Of a stretch of DNA of 64,000 nt, positions 1 to 8,819 are shown in pieces. The DNA comes from Candidatus Latescibacterota bacterium. Its GTDB lineage: Bacteria > Latescibacterota > UBA2968 > UBA8231. Below the pieces are notes generated by a model that saw nothing but the letters and a program-made list of their open reading frames with translations, did not search any database and was not told where the DNA came from. A program made the position numbers and the translations under genes. Where the stretch lies: the NCBI GenBank assembly GCA_036336855.1, contig JAYZFI010000028.1:736-64735 (forward strand), given 5' to 3'. The number at the start of each line of letters is the position of its first letter. Position 1 is the first letter of the stretch.

Positions 1-192
1 GCGCGCTCTTACCTGGATACGGGTGTCGATGTGCTGCGGCAGTTGATGGCAATGCAGGACACGAGCGATGATCCGCGGCGGCGCGGCGCGATCCTGATGA
101 GCCCCATGTACGTGAGTCTCGCCTACTTCGGAGTGCCTTTCTTCCTGCGGGCGCTGCGAGAGGCAGACATGGACGAGCCGACGGCTCCCTGA
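1..192 (+). CDS. 3' end of an unidentified ORF entering from upstream of the window (partial)
   Basis: Frame 1 is open from position 1 to the TGA at 190-192 (...AILMSPMYVSLAYFGVPFFLRALREADMDEPTAP*). The ATG of the next gene at 193 abuts the stop. No recognisable motif. Confidence 0.4.
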   Translation, partial: ARSYLDTGVDVLRQLMAMQDTSDDPRRRGAILMSPMYVSLAYFGVPFFLRALREADMDEPTAP

Positions 193-2331
193 ATGGAGTT
201 TCCAATGCCGACGTTTACCGTCACGACCACCCTCGACGGCCATGCACTCAACGAAGCTGGTCGCCTGATCGGCCTGCGATGGGACCCGGGTGCGACTACG
301 ATCGGTCTTCGGGACCGGATGCTGATCGAGGATGATGCTGACGCAATTGGCCGGCCCGAGGGGGCCGAGGAGGGCAGCTGGTTCGAGCGCTTGACTCCGG
401 GTCTCCGCATTCGAAAGGAGCTGGTCCTGTCCGATGCCCGATGCCACGGCGCGCAGCTGACTTGGTGCGGACGCGAGCCGGACGACAATAGCGTGCCCCT
501 CCAGCTGAGCGTCAATGGCTTTGCCATCACGCGGCCGGCGACGAAGCACGCCCATCCGCAATGTCGCCATTACTATACTTCCGATTGGGCCTCTTCCACC
601 TTTGACAACTGGTTCGTTGTTGCCTTACCACCAGACGCCCTGCGCGAAGGGACGAACACGATCGAGATGTGGGTCGACGAGGCTAGCGACGGCGTCTGGG
701 AGATCATGATCGCCGCAGACAGCGAACGTCCTCGCGGCGCCGCACCGCCCCGGCCTCCCGTCGGGCGCAGTGCCCGCAGCCGCGACGCGGGAGCGACGTG
801 GAGCCGTTCGGGTCTCGGGCAGTTCGATCGCATCGACGGCGAGTATTGCGTGCGCCTTAATGTCCAACAGCATGCTGCAGTCGGCCGTTTTCTGTCCGCA
901 CCGATCGATTTATCGGGGTCCGAGGGCATCGCCCACTGCCGGGTTGTTCGCAGCGCTGTGGATTGGAACATCGATGGACCGGGACAGGTCGACATCCAAG
1001 TTCGCTTCGGTGAGAGCCCGGTGGAGGAAGGCGATGGCTGGTCCTCGTGGGTATCGGCAGACGATGCCGCCGGGGAGTGGTCTCATCCCCGGGGCAGGTG
1101 GATGCAATTCGCTGCCACGATGAGCACGAAAGATCCACGTGTGTCTCCTTGTCTGCGCGGTTTGCGGATCGTGTCCGAGATTGAGACCGGTGCGTCCCCG
1201 CAACGACCGCGTCTGGTGCGGCTACACAACGGGGAGGTCACCCGCTCATCCGTGGCCTACACGTGGGAAGACCCCGAACGCCTCCAAGATCTCCGAAGTC
1301 GATTCGACCTAGACTGCGTCGTAAAAGGGGCCACCACGGAATTCGAGCGGATGCTCCGACTCCTTCACTGGTCGTACCGGATCCCTCTTGGGCAGTTGAA
1401 TCCCTATGGCTGGCGCTACGACGATCTGCCGCAGCTCGAGAGTGAGGCCGACGGTTCCATCCGGCTTCTCGGGCCGTACGATGGACCCAGGCGTCAGGGT
1501 CATTGCCTCTATTGCAATCTCACCCTCATCGCCGCCCTGCTGTCCTTCGGATACCCCGCCCGCTGGGTTAACATTTCCACGAAACACACCTACGGTCACG
1601 AAGTGACGGAGGTCTGGTCGAATGACTTCGACAAGTGGGTCTTTCTTGACGCAACGCGCGATTACTACATGACGGATCCGGAGACCGGAATGCCCCTGAG
1701 CCTGAGCGAAATCGGTGAGCGTGTCGCCGAGATCTTGCCCCGTCCTGTCACTTGGGACCAGCCGATTCCCCACCTGTTACCCAGCGGCGTGTCACCCGAC
1801 AACGTACGGATCGCCTACCGGACGCCACCCCACGGCGGATCGGTCTTCGCCGATGGAGCTGATCATGACCTACTGATGATCGGCCATCTGCAGATGCCCC
1901 TGCGCAACGATTTCGTCACCAGACCACAGCCCGTCCCTTGGCGTGTGAGCAGCAACTGGGGATCGGGCGAGTTCTACTGCTGGTCGAGTCCGATGTTTCC
2001 GCCGAAGCTGGAGTATGACCACCATACGGATCGTTGGCAGGACTGGGAGCCGCCCCTCAACCGGACACGACTGGTGCTCAGCGAAACCCAGAAGCCTGCG
2101 ATTCTGCAGGTCGACGCCGACACGGTGACCCCGTGGTCCGATGGCTTCGAGGTCTGCTTTGAGGAGGATCCGTGGACGCACCGTCAGGTTGTCCGCTGGG
2201 AATGGCCGCTCCACGAAGGTCAGAACCGGATGAGGGTTCGGTCTAAGAATCGGATGGGGGTAACCGGCCCAGAGAGCGAAGCGGTCGTGTGGTGGACTAA
2301 CGGCCCTGGCCCCGTTCGGCCCGAAGGATAG
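193..2331 (+). CDS. transglutaminase-like (PNGase/Rad4-type core) domain protein, 712 aa, no signal peptide
   Basis: A central Cys-His-Asp core is readable as GHCLYCNLTLIAALLSFGYPARWV, then GHEVTEVWSNDFDKWVF, then LDAT. The ORF is long with coding-like codon usage and starts directly after the upstream stop. Confidence 0.6.
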   Translation: MEFPMPTFTVTTTLDGHALNEAGRLIGLRWDPGATTIGLRDRMLIEDDADAIGRPEGAEEGSWFERLTPGLRIRKELVLSDARCHGAQLTWCGREPDDNSVPLQLSVNGFAITRPATKHAHPQCRHYYTSDWASSTFDNWFVVALPPDALREGTNTIEMWVDEASDGVWEIMIAADSERPRGAAPPRPPVGRSARSRDAGATWSRSGLGQFDRIDGEYCVRLNVQQHAAVGRFLSAPIDLSGSEGIAHCRVVRSAVDWNIDGPGQVDIQVRFGESPVEEGDGWSSWVSADDAAGEWSHPRGRWMQFAATMSTKDPRVSPCLRGLRIVSEIETGASPQRPRLVRLHNGEVTRSSVAYTWEDPERLQDLRSRFDLDCVVKGATTEFERMLRLLHWSYRIPLGQLNPYGWRYDDLPQLESEADGSIRLLGPYDGPRRQGHCLYCNLTLIAALLSFGYPARWVNISTKHTYGHEVTEVWSNDFDKWVFLDATRDYYMTDPETGMPLSLSEIGERVAEILPRPVTWDQPIPHLLPSGVSPDNVRIAYRTPPHGGSVFADGADHDLLMIGHLQMPLRNDFVTRPQPVPWRVSSNWGSGEFYCWSSPMFPPKLEYDHHTDRWQDWEPPLNRTRLVLSETQKPAILQVDADTVTPWSDGFEVCFEEDPWTHRQVVRWEWPLHEGQNRMRVRSKNRMGVTGPESEAVVWWTNGPGPVRPEG

Positions 2332-2512
2332 GAGCTACGGCAGTACGGTACCGAATGAGGGTCAAGTCAAACTGGGCTCACACAATCTCAATGCGCCTGG
2401 CAGTTGGCTCTGCCCCTTGGAAGGAGCTTGCTTTGGAATGCGTGGCCTGATTTTCCCATTGATTCCCCTCGACTACATCACCGACGGAAGTTCCTGATCC
2501 CCAGGTCCATCT

Positions 2513-3655
2513 ATGGAGCACACCATCATCCTAAGAGAAGAAGGCCGGTACAACGCCTTTCCGATCTTGGACCGTCTTCCCGATGGGCGCCTGACCCTCG
2601 CCTGCATCTCTTCATCGGTGGGCGACCATATGGGAATGGGGAACTGGCCTGTGTTCGTGTCCGCGGACAGCGGCCGAACCTGGACCCGCTCGGATGATCC
2701 CACTCTGCCGCCCAACTGGCCTGGTACCACCCCGCGCGAGAAGCACGACAGGCTCTGCCGCATCATGCCCAACGGCCGCTTCGTTGCCGTGGGCTCTGTC
2801 GGGTACGAGCTGTGGGATCCGGGACGGCGCGACGAGGCGGAGGCCCGGGGTCTACAAATCTACGAGGGAGATATCATCAACCAGCAGTTTCCCGGGAAGC
2901 TGATCGTGTCGGGCCACCAACTGGTGGCGATTCGGTCCCGGGATCACGGCCAGACTTGGGACCGGCGTACCTGGACGGTGCCGGGGTACACCGGACTAGT
3001 CGGCTTCCCACGCGGCACGGTGCTCGCGAATGGCACCTGGCTCTTCCCGATCTACGCCCGCCGGCCTGATAGCGGTGTTGACGGACTGATCTTCCGTTCG
3101 ACCGATGTTGGAGAAACTTGGAGACTCCACTTAGCCGTCCCTCGGGTGTGCAATGAATGGGCTCTCGTGGAGGTCACACCCGGAAAAGTCTTAGGCCACA
3201 TCCGCCACGGGTATCGCTGGGGGCATCCCGAGGACGATCGGATCTACGCCCTAGAGATCTGGTCCGAAGACGGCGGCAAGACTTGGACCCAGCCCATCGA
3301 GACCAGATTCCAGGGCTACCCGAACCACCTGCTGAAGCTGCGGGACGGTCGCATCCTGTGCACCTTCGGCTACCGCCGAAAACCCATGGGAGTGCGTGCT
3401 CTGATTAGCGAGGACCAAGGCAATACTTGGGACCTGGACCACGAGTACGTGCTTCGGGACGACGCTGGCACCACGTCGAATGCCTGGCCCCCAGAAAAAG
3501 ACACGCCGGAGGGATTCGGCAGCTCGGACGTGGGCTATCCTGTCTCGGTGGAATTGGACGACGGCTCAATTCTCACGGCGTACTACACCACCCCGGCCGA
3601 CGCCACGACGCACGTGGCCCTGACCCACTGGCACCCGGATCGGGATCGGCCCTGA
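2513..3655 (+). CDS. BNR/Asp-box repeat sialidase-like beta-propeller protein (exo-alpha-sialidase / glycosyl hydrolase-like)
   Basis: Five S-x-D-x-G-x-T-W Asp-boxes are spaced along 380 aa: SADSGRTW, SRDHGQTW, STDVGETW, SEDGGKTW, SEDQGNTW. No signal peptide. Confidence 0.75.
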   Translation: MEHTIILREEGRYNAFPILDRLPDGRLTLACISSSVGDHMGMGNWPVFVSADSGRTWTRSDDPTLPPNWPGTTPREKHDRLCRIMPNGRFVAVGSVGYELWDPGRRDEAEARGLQIYEGDIINQQFPGKLIVSGHQLVAIRSRDHGQTWDRRTWTVPGYTGLVGFPRGTVLANGTWLFPIYARRPDSGVDGLIFRSTDVGETWRLHLAVPRVCNEWALVEVTPGKVLGHIRHGYRWGHPEDDRIYALEIWSEDGGKTWTQPIETRFQGYPNHLLKLRDGRILCTFGYRRKPMGVRALISEDQGNTWDLDHEYVLRDDAGTTSNAWPPEKDTPEGFGSSDVGYPVSVELDDGSILTAYYTTPADATTHVALTHWHPDRDRP

Positions 3656-3783
3656 CAGAAAAGTCCCTGCCTACGCACAGGATCCCCGTTGGAGCGAGAG
3701 TTCAACCTCGCAGCGCGTCGGCATCCCTCTTACCGGCGGTTATCCTCAAGCTATTCCCTGATCTGCGCGGCATGCCGGGTGGT

Positions 3784-4725
3784 CTATGGCTGCTTCTTAT
3801 AACCTTCGTACTTGCCGCTGACGCCCAGTTCGCGGGTTCGTTCAAGCAGGGCTGTCAGTTCCTTGCCCCCAAAGGGGACGAAGTTCTTCGCGGTCTTGAC
3901 ATTCTCGTCAATACGTTGGGGGGAGTCCATGCCGGAACAGACCGTCGAAACGGGTAGGGACATGGCGTACCGAAGGCATTCGGCGGGGCGCACCGCGCCG
4001 GTTTGTGGTAGGCGTCCGGGCGTCCCCCCCATCGTCTTCATTGCGATAACTCCGATGCCATGCTCGATGGCCACAGGTAGGACCTGCTCGACGAAACTGA
4101 GGTAATGGGGGTCGAAGAGGTTGATAGGCATCTGTACGGTGTCCCAAGGAAATCCACGCTCGATCATGCGAAGGTGGAGCGCAGGGTAGGTGTGTCCGGT
4201 GAAGCCGATGTATCGAAGTTTTCCCTCTTTCTGCGCTTCCAGGGCGACGTCCAAGAGCCCCTCATCGTAGACTGCGCGCACGTCACGTCTGCTCTCGATG
4301 TGATGGAACTGCCATAAATCGAGATGATCGGTCCGCAGTCGGCGCAGACTCTCTTCCAGCTGTGCTCGCGCCTGTTTTGGGCGACGAGCCAGCACTTTGG
4401 TCATGAGGAACACTCGCTCGCGGTAGCCGTTGGTGAGGGCTTTGCCCATCCGTTGCTCTGAGAGGCCGCCGCTGTAGGACCAGGCATTGTCAAGAAAATC
4501 GATCCCCGCATCTACGGCCTGCCGGACGAGACGCTCCGACTCGGCGTCACTCAAGGCCCTATCCTGTGCCAGATGCGCCCCCCCAAGTCCCAGCAGCGAT
4601 ACACTCCGGCCAGTGGGGCCGAGAAGACGTCGCGGCAAGCCGGAATCGGCAGCATCAGAGAGGCGGGGTGGGTGGACAGTTGTCGCGGCGATGGCAGCGA
4701 AACGAAGGAACGTTCGGCGATTCAT
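3784..4725 (-). CDS. aldo/keto reductase with twin-arginine (Tat) signal peptide
   Basis: The N-terminus MNRRTFLRFAAIAATT is a Tat-type signal. AKR-like blocks include GIDFLDNAWSYSGGLSEQRMGKAL, LRTDHLDLWQFHHIE and KLRYIGFTGH. Confidence 0.8.
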   Translation of the reverse strand: MNRRTFLRFAAIAATTVHPPRLSDAADSGLPRRLLGPTGRSVSLLGLGGAHLAQDRALSDAESERLVRQAVDAGIDFLDNAWSYSGGLSEQRMGKALTNGYRERVFLMTKVLARRPKQARAQLEESLRRLRTDHLDLWQFHHIESRRDVRAVYDEGLLDVALEAQKEGKLRYIGFTGHTYPALHLRMIERGFPWDTVQMPINLFDPHYLSFVEQVLPVAIEHGIGVIAMKTMGGTPGRLPQTGAVRPAECLRYAMSLPVSTVCSGMDSPQRIDENVKTAKNFVPFGGKELTALLERTRELGVSGKYEGYKKQP

Positions 4726-5376
4726 CAGGTTTGACCTGTCTGTCGCGGGCCCAGCGCTGTAGACCCGATAATGTTTGTCAAGCTTCTCGATTCGTTTGCC
4801 AAGGCGCGTACGCCGAAGCGTGTTCCCAGCACTTCGAATCCGGTGCCGTTGGCTTCGACCTCGACACGGTCGGTCGACGTCGTAACCGTTCCCTTCAGCA
4901 AGACACGGCGGTGGCCTCCGCGGAAGCGGTCGGGATACTGCAGGGTGCTCCCGGCGTCAGTCGTACGGCCTCAACCGACAGAGCGAAAATTCCCCGCCAA
5001 CATACGCCCGATGAGTTCCATCTTACAACATTAGCCGCGAGCGTTTGATCTGTGTATAAGGCCCAGGGTCGTCTTCGGAGATCCGTCAATAGAGACCGGT
5101 GCCGTCGGCTGGCCGGAGGAAGAGATCGATGAATCGCGCAGCGAATTCACGAGCGTGAGGCTGAGAGAACTCGATGACAGTCGGGCATTCACCCAAGAAG
5201 GCACACCGGGGACGCCGGCTGGCGGGTGAGTAACCACTTGATGATATTGCAAAACCGAACTAATAGGCATAACAACGACATGTGAAGGGCGTCGTGTGCT
5301 TCCCTTTGTTGCTCCAAATATTGGGAGTCGCGGTCCCACAAGCAGTGCGAACACTTGGTGTTGAAAGGTAGTTGAG

Positions 5377-7245
5377 ATGAGGCGTTGGCCTGAGATCGGG
5401 GGACTCGGACTGCCCCGAGCCGCCGCGATTTTCGGACTGTTTTTCCTCTACGTCTGGCTGCGGATCGACCCGCGTCTGATATACCATGTTCAAGAGCCGG
5501 TGTTCTTTCGTGGCGGATTGTTCTTCGCCTTCTTCCTAGGCCATCCCGGGGGTGTGACGGAATACCTGTCCGCCTTGTTCGGACAATCCTACGTAGTGCC
5601 GTGGTTGGGCGCCTTCGTTATTACCGCGGTCGCGGTAATGATCTGCGCCAGCACTTACGTCTTTCTTAAGGCGGTCGAAGTCTCGCACGCCGGATTTGTC
5701 TCGGTGATACCGGCCACGCTTCTACTTATCCTCCACAACCGATACCGCTACGACCTCGGCTATGACTTGGGCCTCTTGTTAAGTTTGGCCGGTGCCGCGC
5801 TCTACGCGTCGCTGCCATGGCGACAGCCGTTCGCCCGGGGCTTGGCGTTTATCGCGCTGACTGTGCCCATCTACTGGGTCGCCGCGGGACCGTATCTGCT
5901 CTTCTGCTTAGCGGCTGCCACAAGTGAACACCTTGCCCGACGGCGAGTGGCGGCGATGGGGTGCGTCTTGGCGGGCGCGGCGGTTCCGTGGGTGGCAACT
6001 TTCTCTGTGTTCCCGGGAATGGTCCGCGACGCCTACCTGCACCTGCTTCCGGTTTCCGGTAACCACCTGGTCGGCGAGTACGCCGTCATCGTAGCCGCCG
6101 TGGCCCTGTGTGTATACGCCCCGGCCGCGGCTCTGGCTGGGGCTTGGCGCCAGGCGCGATCGGAACCCACGGCGGTCACCAAGTCCCAGGGAACGATACT
6201 CATACGAATCAGCCGCGACCTGACGTTTCTGATGGTGATGGCGGCGCCGGTCTACGCCACCTTCAGTGGCAACTACAAGACCATGATGGAGGTAGACTAC
6301 CACGCTCGCCACAAGCGCTGGCCGCAGGTGCTGAACGAGGCCCGACAGCTGACCGCTTACAACGTACTCACCGTGTACAACGTGCAGCGGGCCCTGAGCC
6401 ACCTCGGGCGTCTGTCGGACGAGATGTTTTCGTATCCGCACCTTGCTAATGCGCCCATCTTCGTCCCCTCGCCGGAGACCCCTTCTAGCTTACTCGTACT
6501 GTGTGACAACCTGATGGAACTGGGCCACGTGAATAAGGCGGAGCATATGGCCCAGGAGGCGCTCGAAATCTACGGGGACCGGCCGTCGATCCTCAAACGG
6601 CTGGTGGCGATCAACGTGTTAAAGGGCAGGCCCGCGGCCGCAAGGGTGTACTTGGGACTTTTGGAGAAGACGCTACTGCACCGGGAATGGGCCCAGCGTC
6701 GCCTCGAGGAGCTGGCGGTCGATCCTCATTTGTCGGAGAACGCCGAGCTGGCCAAAGTGCGGGCGCATATGGTCGAGGCTAACTACCCTGGGTTTTTCAC
6801 GGCCGAGGAGCTCTTGATGCAGCTGCTTGACCGCAATCCGCGCAACATGATGGCCTTCGACTTTCTGATGGGTCACTACCTGCAGACCATGCAGCTCGAC
6901 AAGATCGCGGGCAGCATTGGCCGCCTAAATGCTTTTTCGGATGGCTTACCACCGACACCCCTGCCGCGGCTCTACGAAGAGGCCGTGATGCTCTACATGA
7001 CTCAGGGCCGCGTGCAGCTGGGCGTTGTCCCAAAGGTGCCCCTCTACGGGCGCCAGCTCAGCGGCAACACTCTACGGCGTTATTCAAGGTTTAGCGAGGT
7101 TCTGGCTGCTAACGACGGCGATGCGGAGGGCGCCCGCCACAAACTCGAAGCGAGTTATCGCGATACCTACTGGTATTACTATTTTTTCGGCGGGACCGAG
7201 TCTGGGGCACCTCTCATCAGTAGAGCAACAAGGCCTGTTAAATGA
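5377..7245 (+). CDS. polytopic integral membrane protein with C-terminal helical-repeat (TPR-like) soluble domain, family not assigned
   Basis: 622 aa. The first ~300 aa form many hydrophobic segments (e.g. FGLFFLYVWL, LGAFVITAVAVMICAS, AFIALTVPIYWVAAGPYLLFCLAAA). The C-terminal ~300 aa is soluble, helical and repeat-like (e.g. LMELGHVNKAEHMAQEALEIYGDRPSILKRL). Its stop overlaps the next start (ATGA at 7242-7245). Confidence 0.6.
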   Translation: MRRWPEIGGLGLPRAAAIFGLFFLYVWLRIDPRLIYHVQEPVFFRGGLFFAFFLGHPGGVTEYLSALFGQSYVVPWLGAFVITAVAVMICASTYVFLKAVEVSHAGFVSVIPATLLLILHNRYRYDLGYDLGLLLSLAGAALYASLPWRQPFARGLAFIALTVPIYWVAAGPYLLFCLAAATSEHLARRRVAAMGCVLAGAAVPWVATFSVFPGMVRDAYLHLLPVSGNHLVGEYAVIVAAVALCVYAPAAALAGAWRQARSEPTAVTKSQGTILIRISRDLTFLMVMAAPVYATFSGNYKTMMEVDYHARHKRWPQVLNEARQLTAYNVLTVYNVQRALSHLGRLSDEMFSYPHLANAPIFVPSPETPSSLLVLCDNLMELGHVNKAEHMAQEALEIYGDRPSILKRLVAINVLKGRPAAARVYLGLLEKTLLHREWAQRRLEELAVDPHLSENAELAKVRAHMVEANYPGFFTAEELLMQLLDRNPRNMMAFDFLMGHYLQTMQLDKIAGSIGRLNAFSDGLPPTPLPRLYEEAVMLYMTQGRVQLGVVPKVPLYGRQLSGNTLRRYSRFSEVLAANDGDAEGARHKLEASYRDTYWYYYFFGGTESGAPLISRATRPVK

Positions 7246-8804
7246 GAAAGCTGAGTCTCGCCATCCTGCTGGCACTGGTAGGCGTGGCTACCAGCTGTAC
7301 CACTAGAGCCGAGGTTGAGTCTGACGTCGGCGTTGGCGACCGCCTGCCTCGCATCGACCCCGACCCTGCAGGCGCCGTCATTCCGCCTAATATCGCGCCG
7401 CTGAACTTCACGGTGCGTGAGCCCGGCAACGAGTACCGTGTGCTTGTGCATGGGCGTGCCGAAACCAGCGGTATCGAGATTGAGTCAGACGAGCCCGACA
7501 TTATCATCCCCTCCGGTCAGTGGCGAGACTTGCTGGCTGCCCACCGCGGCGAGGAGATCCGATTCGATGTCCACACCCGGACAGCGGTGGGGGAGTGGCA
7601 GCGCTTCGCCCCGATTGTAGTCCGGGTGGCGCCCGACAGCATCGACGGCTACCTCGTCTACCGGCTGCTGAAGCCGCTCTACAACAAGTACGTCCACATC
7701 GGCATTTTCCAGCGACACCTTGAGAGCTATCAAGAATCGCCGGTGCTGGAGAACCGTTTCGCCGACAACGCCTGCTTCAACTGCCACACCTTCGCTCAGA
7801 ACCAGCCGGATCCTATGGTGCTGCAGACGCGCAGCAGTCACGGGCTGTCGATGCTGATCGCCAGCGAAGGTGAGGTGACCACTGTCGACACCCGGACCGC
7901 TTTCAACAAGTCGCCGGCAGCGTACACCTCATGGCATCCAGGCGGCCGTCACATCGGCTTCAGCGTCAACAAGGTATCCCTGTTCTTCCACACCGATCCG
8001 GCGCGGGAGACGCGAGAGGTGTTCGATGCCGGGTCGGACTTGGCCATTTACTCGGTCGCCGACAATACCCTTACCACCACGTTGGCTATCGCCGATCCCG
8101 AGCGCGCCGAGACTTGGCCGGAGTGGTCATCCGACGGTCGCTTTCTCTACTTCAGCAGCGCCCCTGTCACTCCGATCGAGCGGTTCGAGACCGTCCGCTA
8201 CGACTTGATGCGCATTGCATATGACGTCGACACGGGTGCTTGGGGAAAGCTGGAAACCGTGCTGACGGCGGCCGAGACAGGCCGTACAGTGACCCAGCCA
8301 AAGATCTCGCCGGACGGTCGCTGGCTGGTGTTTACCATGGCCGACCACGGAAACTTTCCGATCTTTTCGGCAAGCGCTGACCTGTACTCGATGGATCTTC
8401 GCGACGGAGGGTACCGCAGGCTCGAGATCAATAGCGCCGCCGCCGCCGACTCTTGGCACGCGTGGTCGAGCAACGGCCGTTGGCTGGTGTTCAGCAGCAA
8501 GCGGCGTGACGGATTGTTTGCGCGACCTTACTTCAGCTACGTCGACGAACAAGGCACGTTTCACCCGCCCGTGCTAATGCCCCAAGAGGACCCGAGGTTC
8601 TATGATTCCTTCATCAAGACCTACAATGTGCCGGTTTTTGTCACCGGTCCGGTGGAGGTGAGTCAACGCGACCTTGCGCGGGCGATCTACGCCCCGTCGC
8701 GACCGTTGGCGGCCCAGCTCGACGCGCGGGTCGCGGCGGCGATCCGAAAAGAATCTGACGCTGCGGAGGTGACGGAACCGTATAGCTCGGGGACGACCCG
8801 ATAG
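7242..8804 (+). CDS. lipoprotein with PD40/TolB-like beta-propeller repeats and a single CxxCH heme-binding motif
   Basis: Lipobox signal MRKLSLAILLALVGVATSC. CFNCH motif (NACFNCHTF). PD40-like blades: WPEWSSDGRFLYFSS, PKISPDGRWLVFTMADHGN, WSSNGRWLVFSSKRRDG. Confidence 0.65.
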   Translation: MRKLSLAILLALVGVATSCTTRAEVESDVGVGDRLPRIDPDPAGAVIPPNIAPLNFTVREPGNEYRVLVHGRAETSGIEIESDEPDIIIPSGQWRDLLAAHRGEEIRFDVHTRTAVGEWQRFAPIVVRVAPDSIDGYLVYRLLKPLYNKYVHIGIFQRHLESYQESPVLENRFADNACFNCHTFAQNQPDPMVLQTRSSHGLSMLIASEGEVTTVDTRTAFNKSPAAYTSWHPGGRHIGFSVNKVSLFFHTDPARETREVFDAGSDLAIYSVADNTLTTTLAIADPERAETWPEWSSDGRFLYFSSAPVTPIERFETVRYDLMRIAYDVDTGAWGKLETVLTAAETGRTVTQPKISPDGRWLVFTMADHGNFPIFSASADLYSMDLRDGGYRRLEINSAAAADSWHAWSSNGRWLVFSSKRRDGLFARPYFSYVDEQGTFHPPVLMPQEDPRFYDSFIKTYNVPVFVTGPVEVSQRDLARAIYAPSRPLAAQLDARVAAAIRKESDAAEVTEPYSSGTTR

Positions 8805-8819
8805 CGATCGCCGCCGCGG

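Noticed and set aside
5031-5354. The 107-aa minus-strand ORF as an independent gene in the 4726-5376 gap.
   Set aside because: It has a low-complexity Ser-rich composition, no SD and no start context. It is better explained as one frame of a decayed FecR-like gene, which is itself a low-confidence call.
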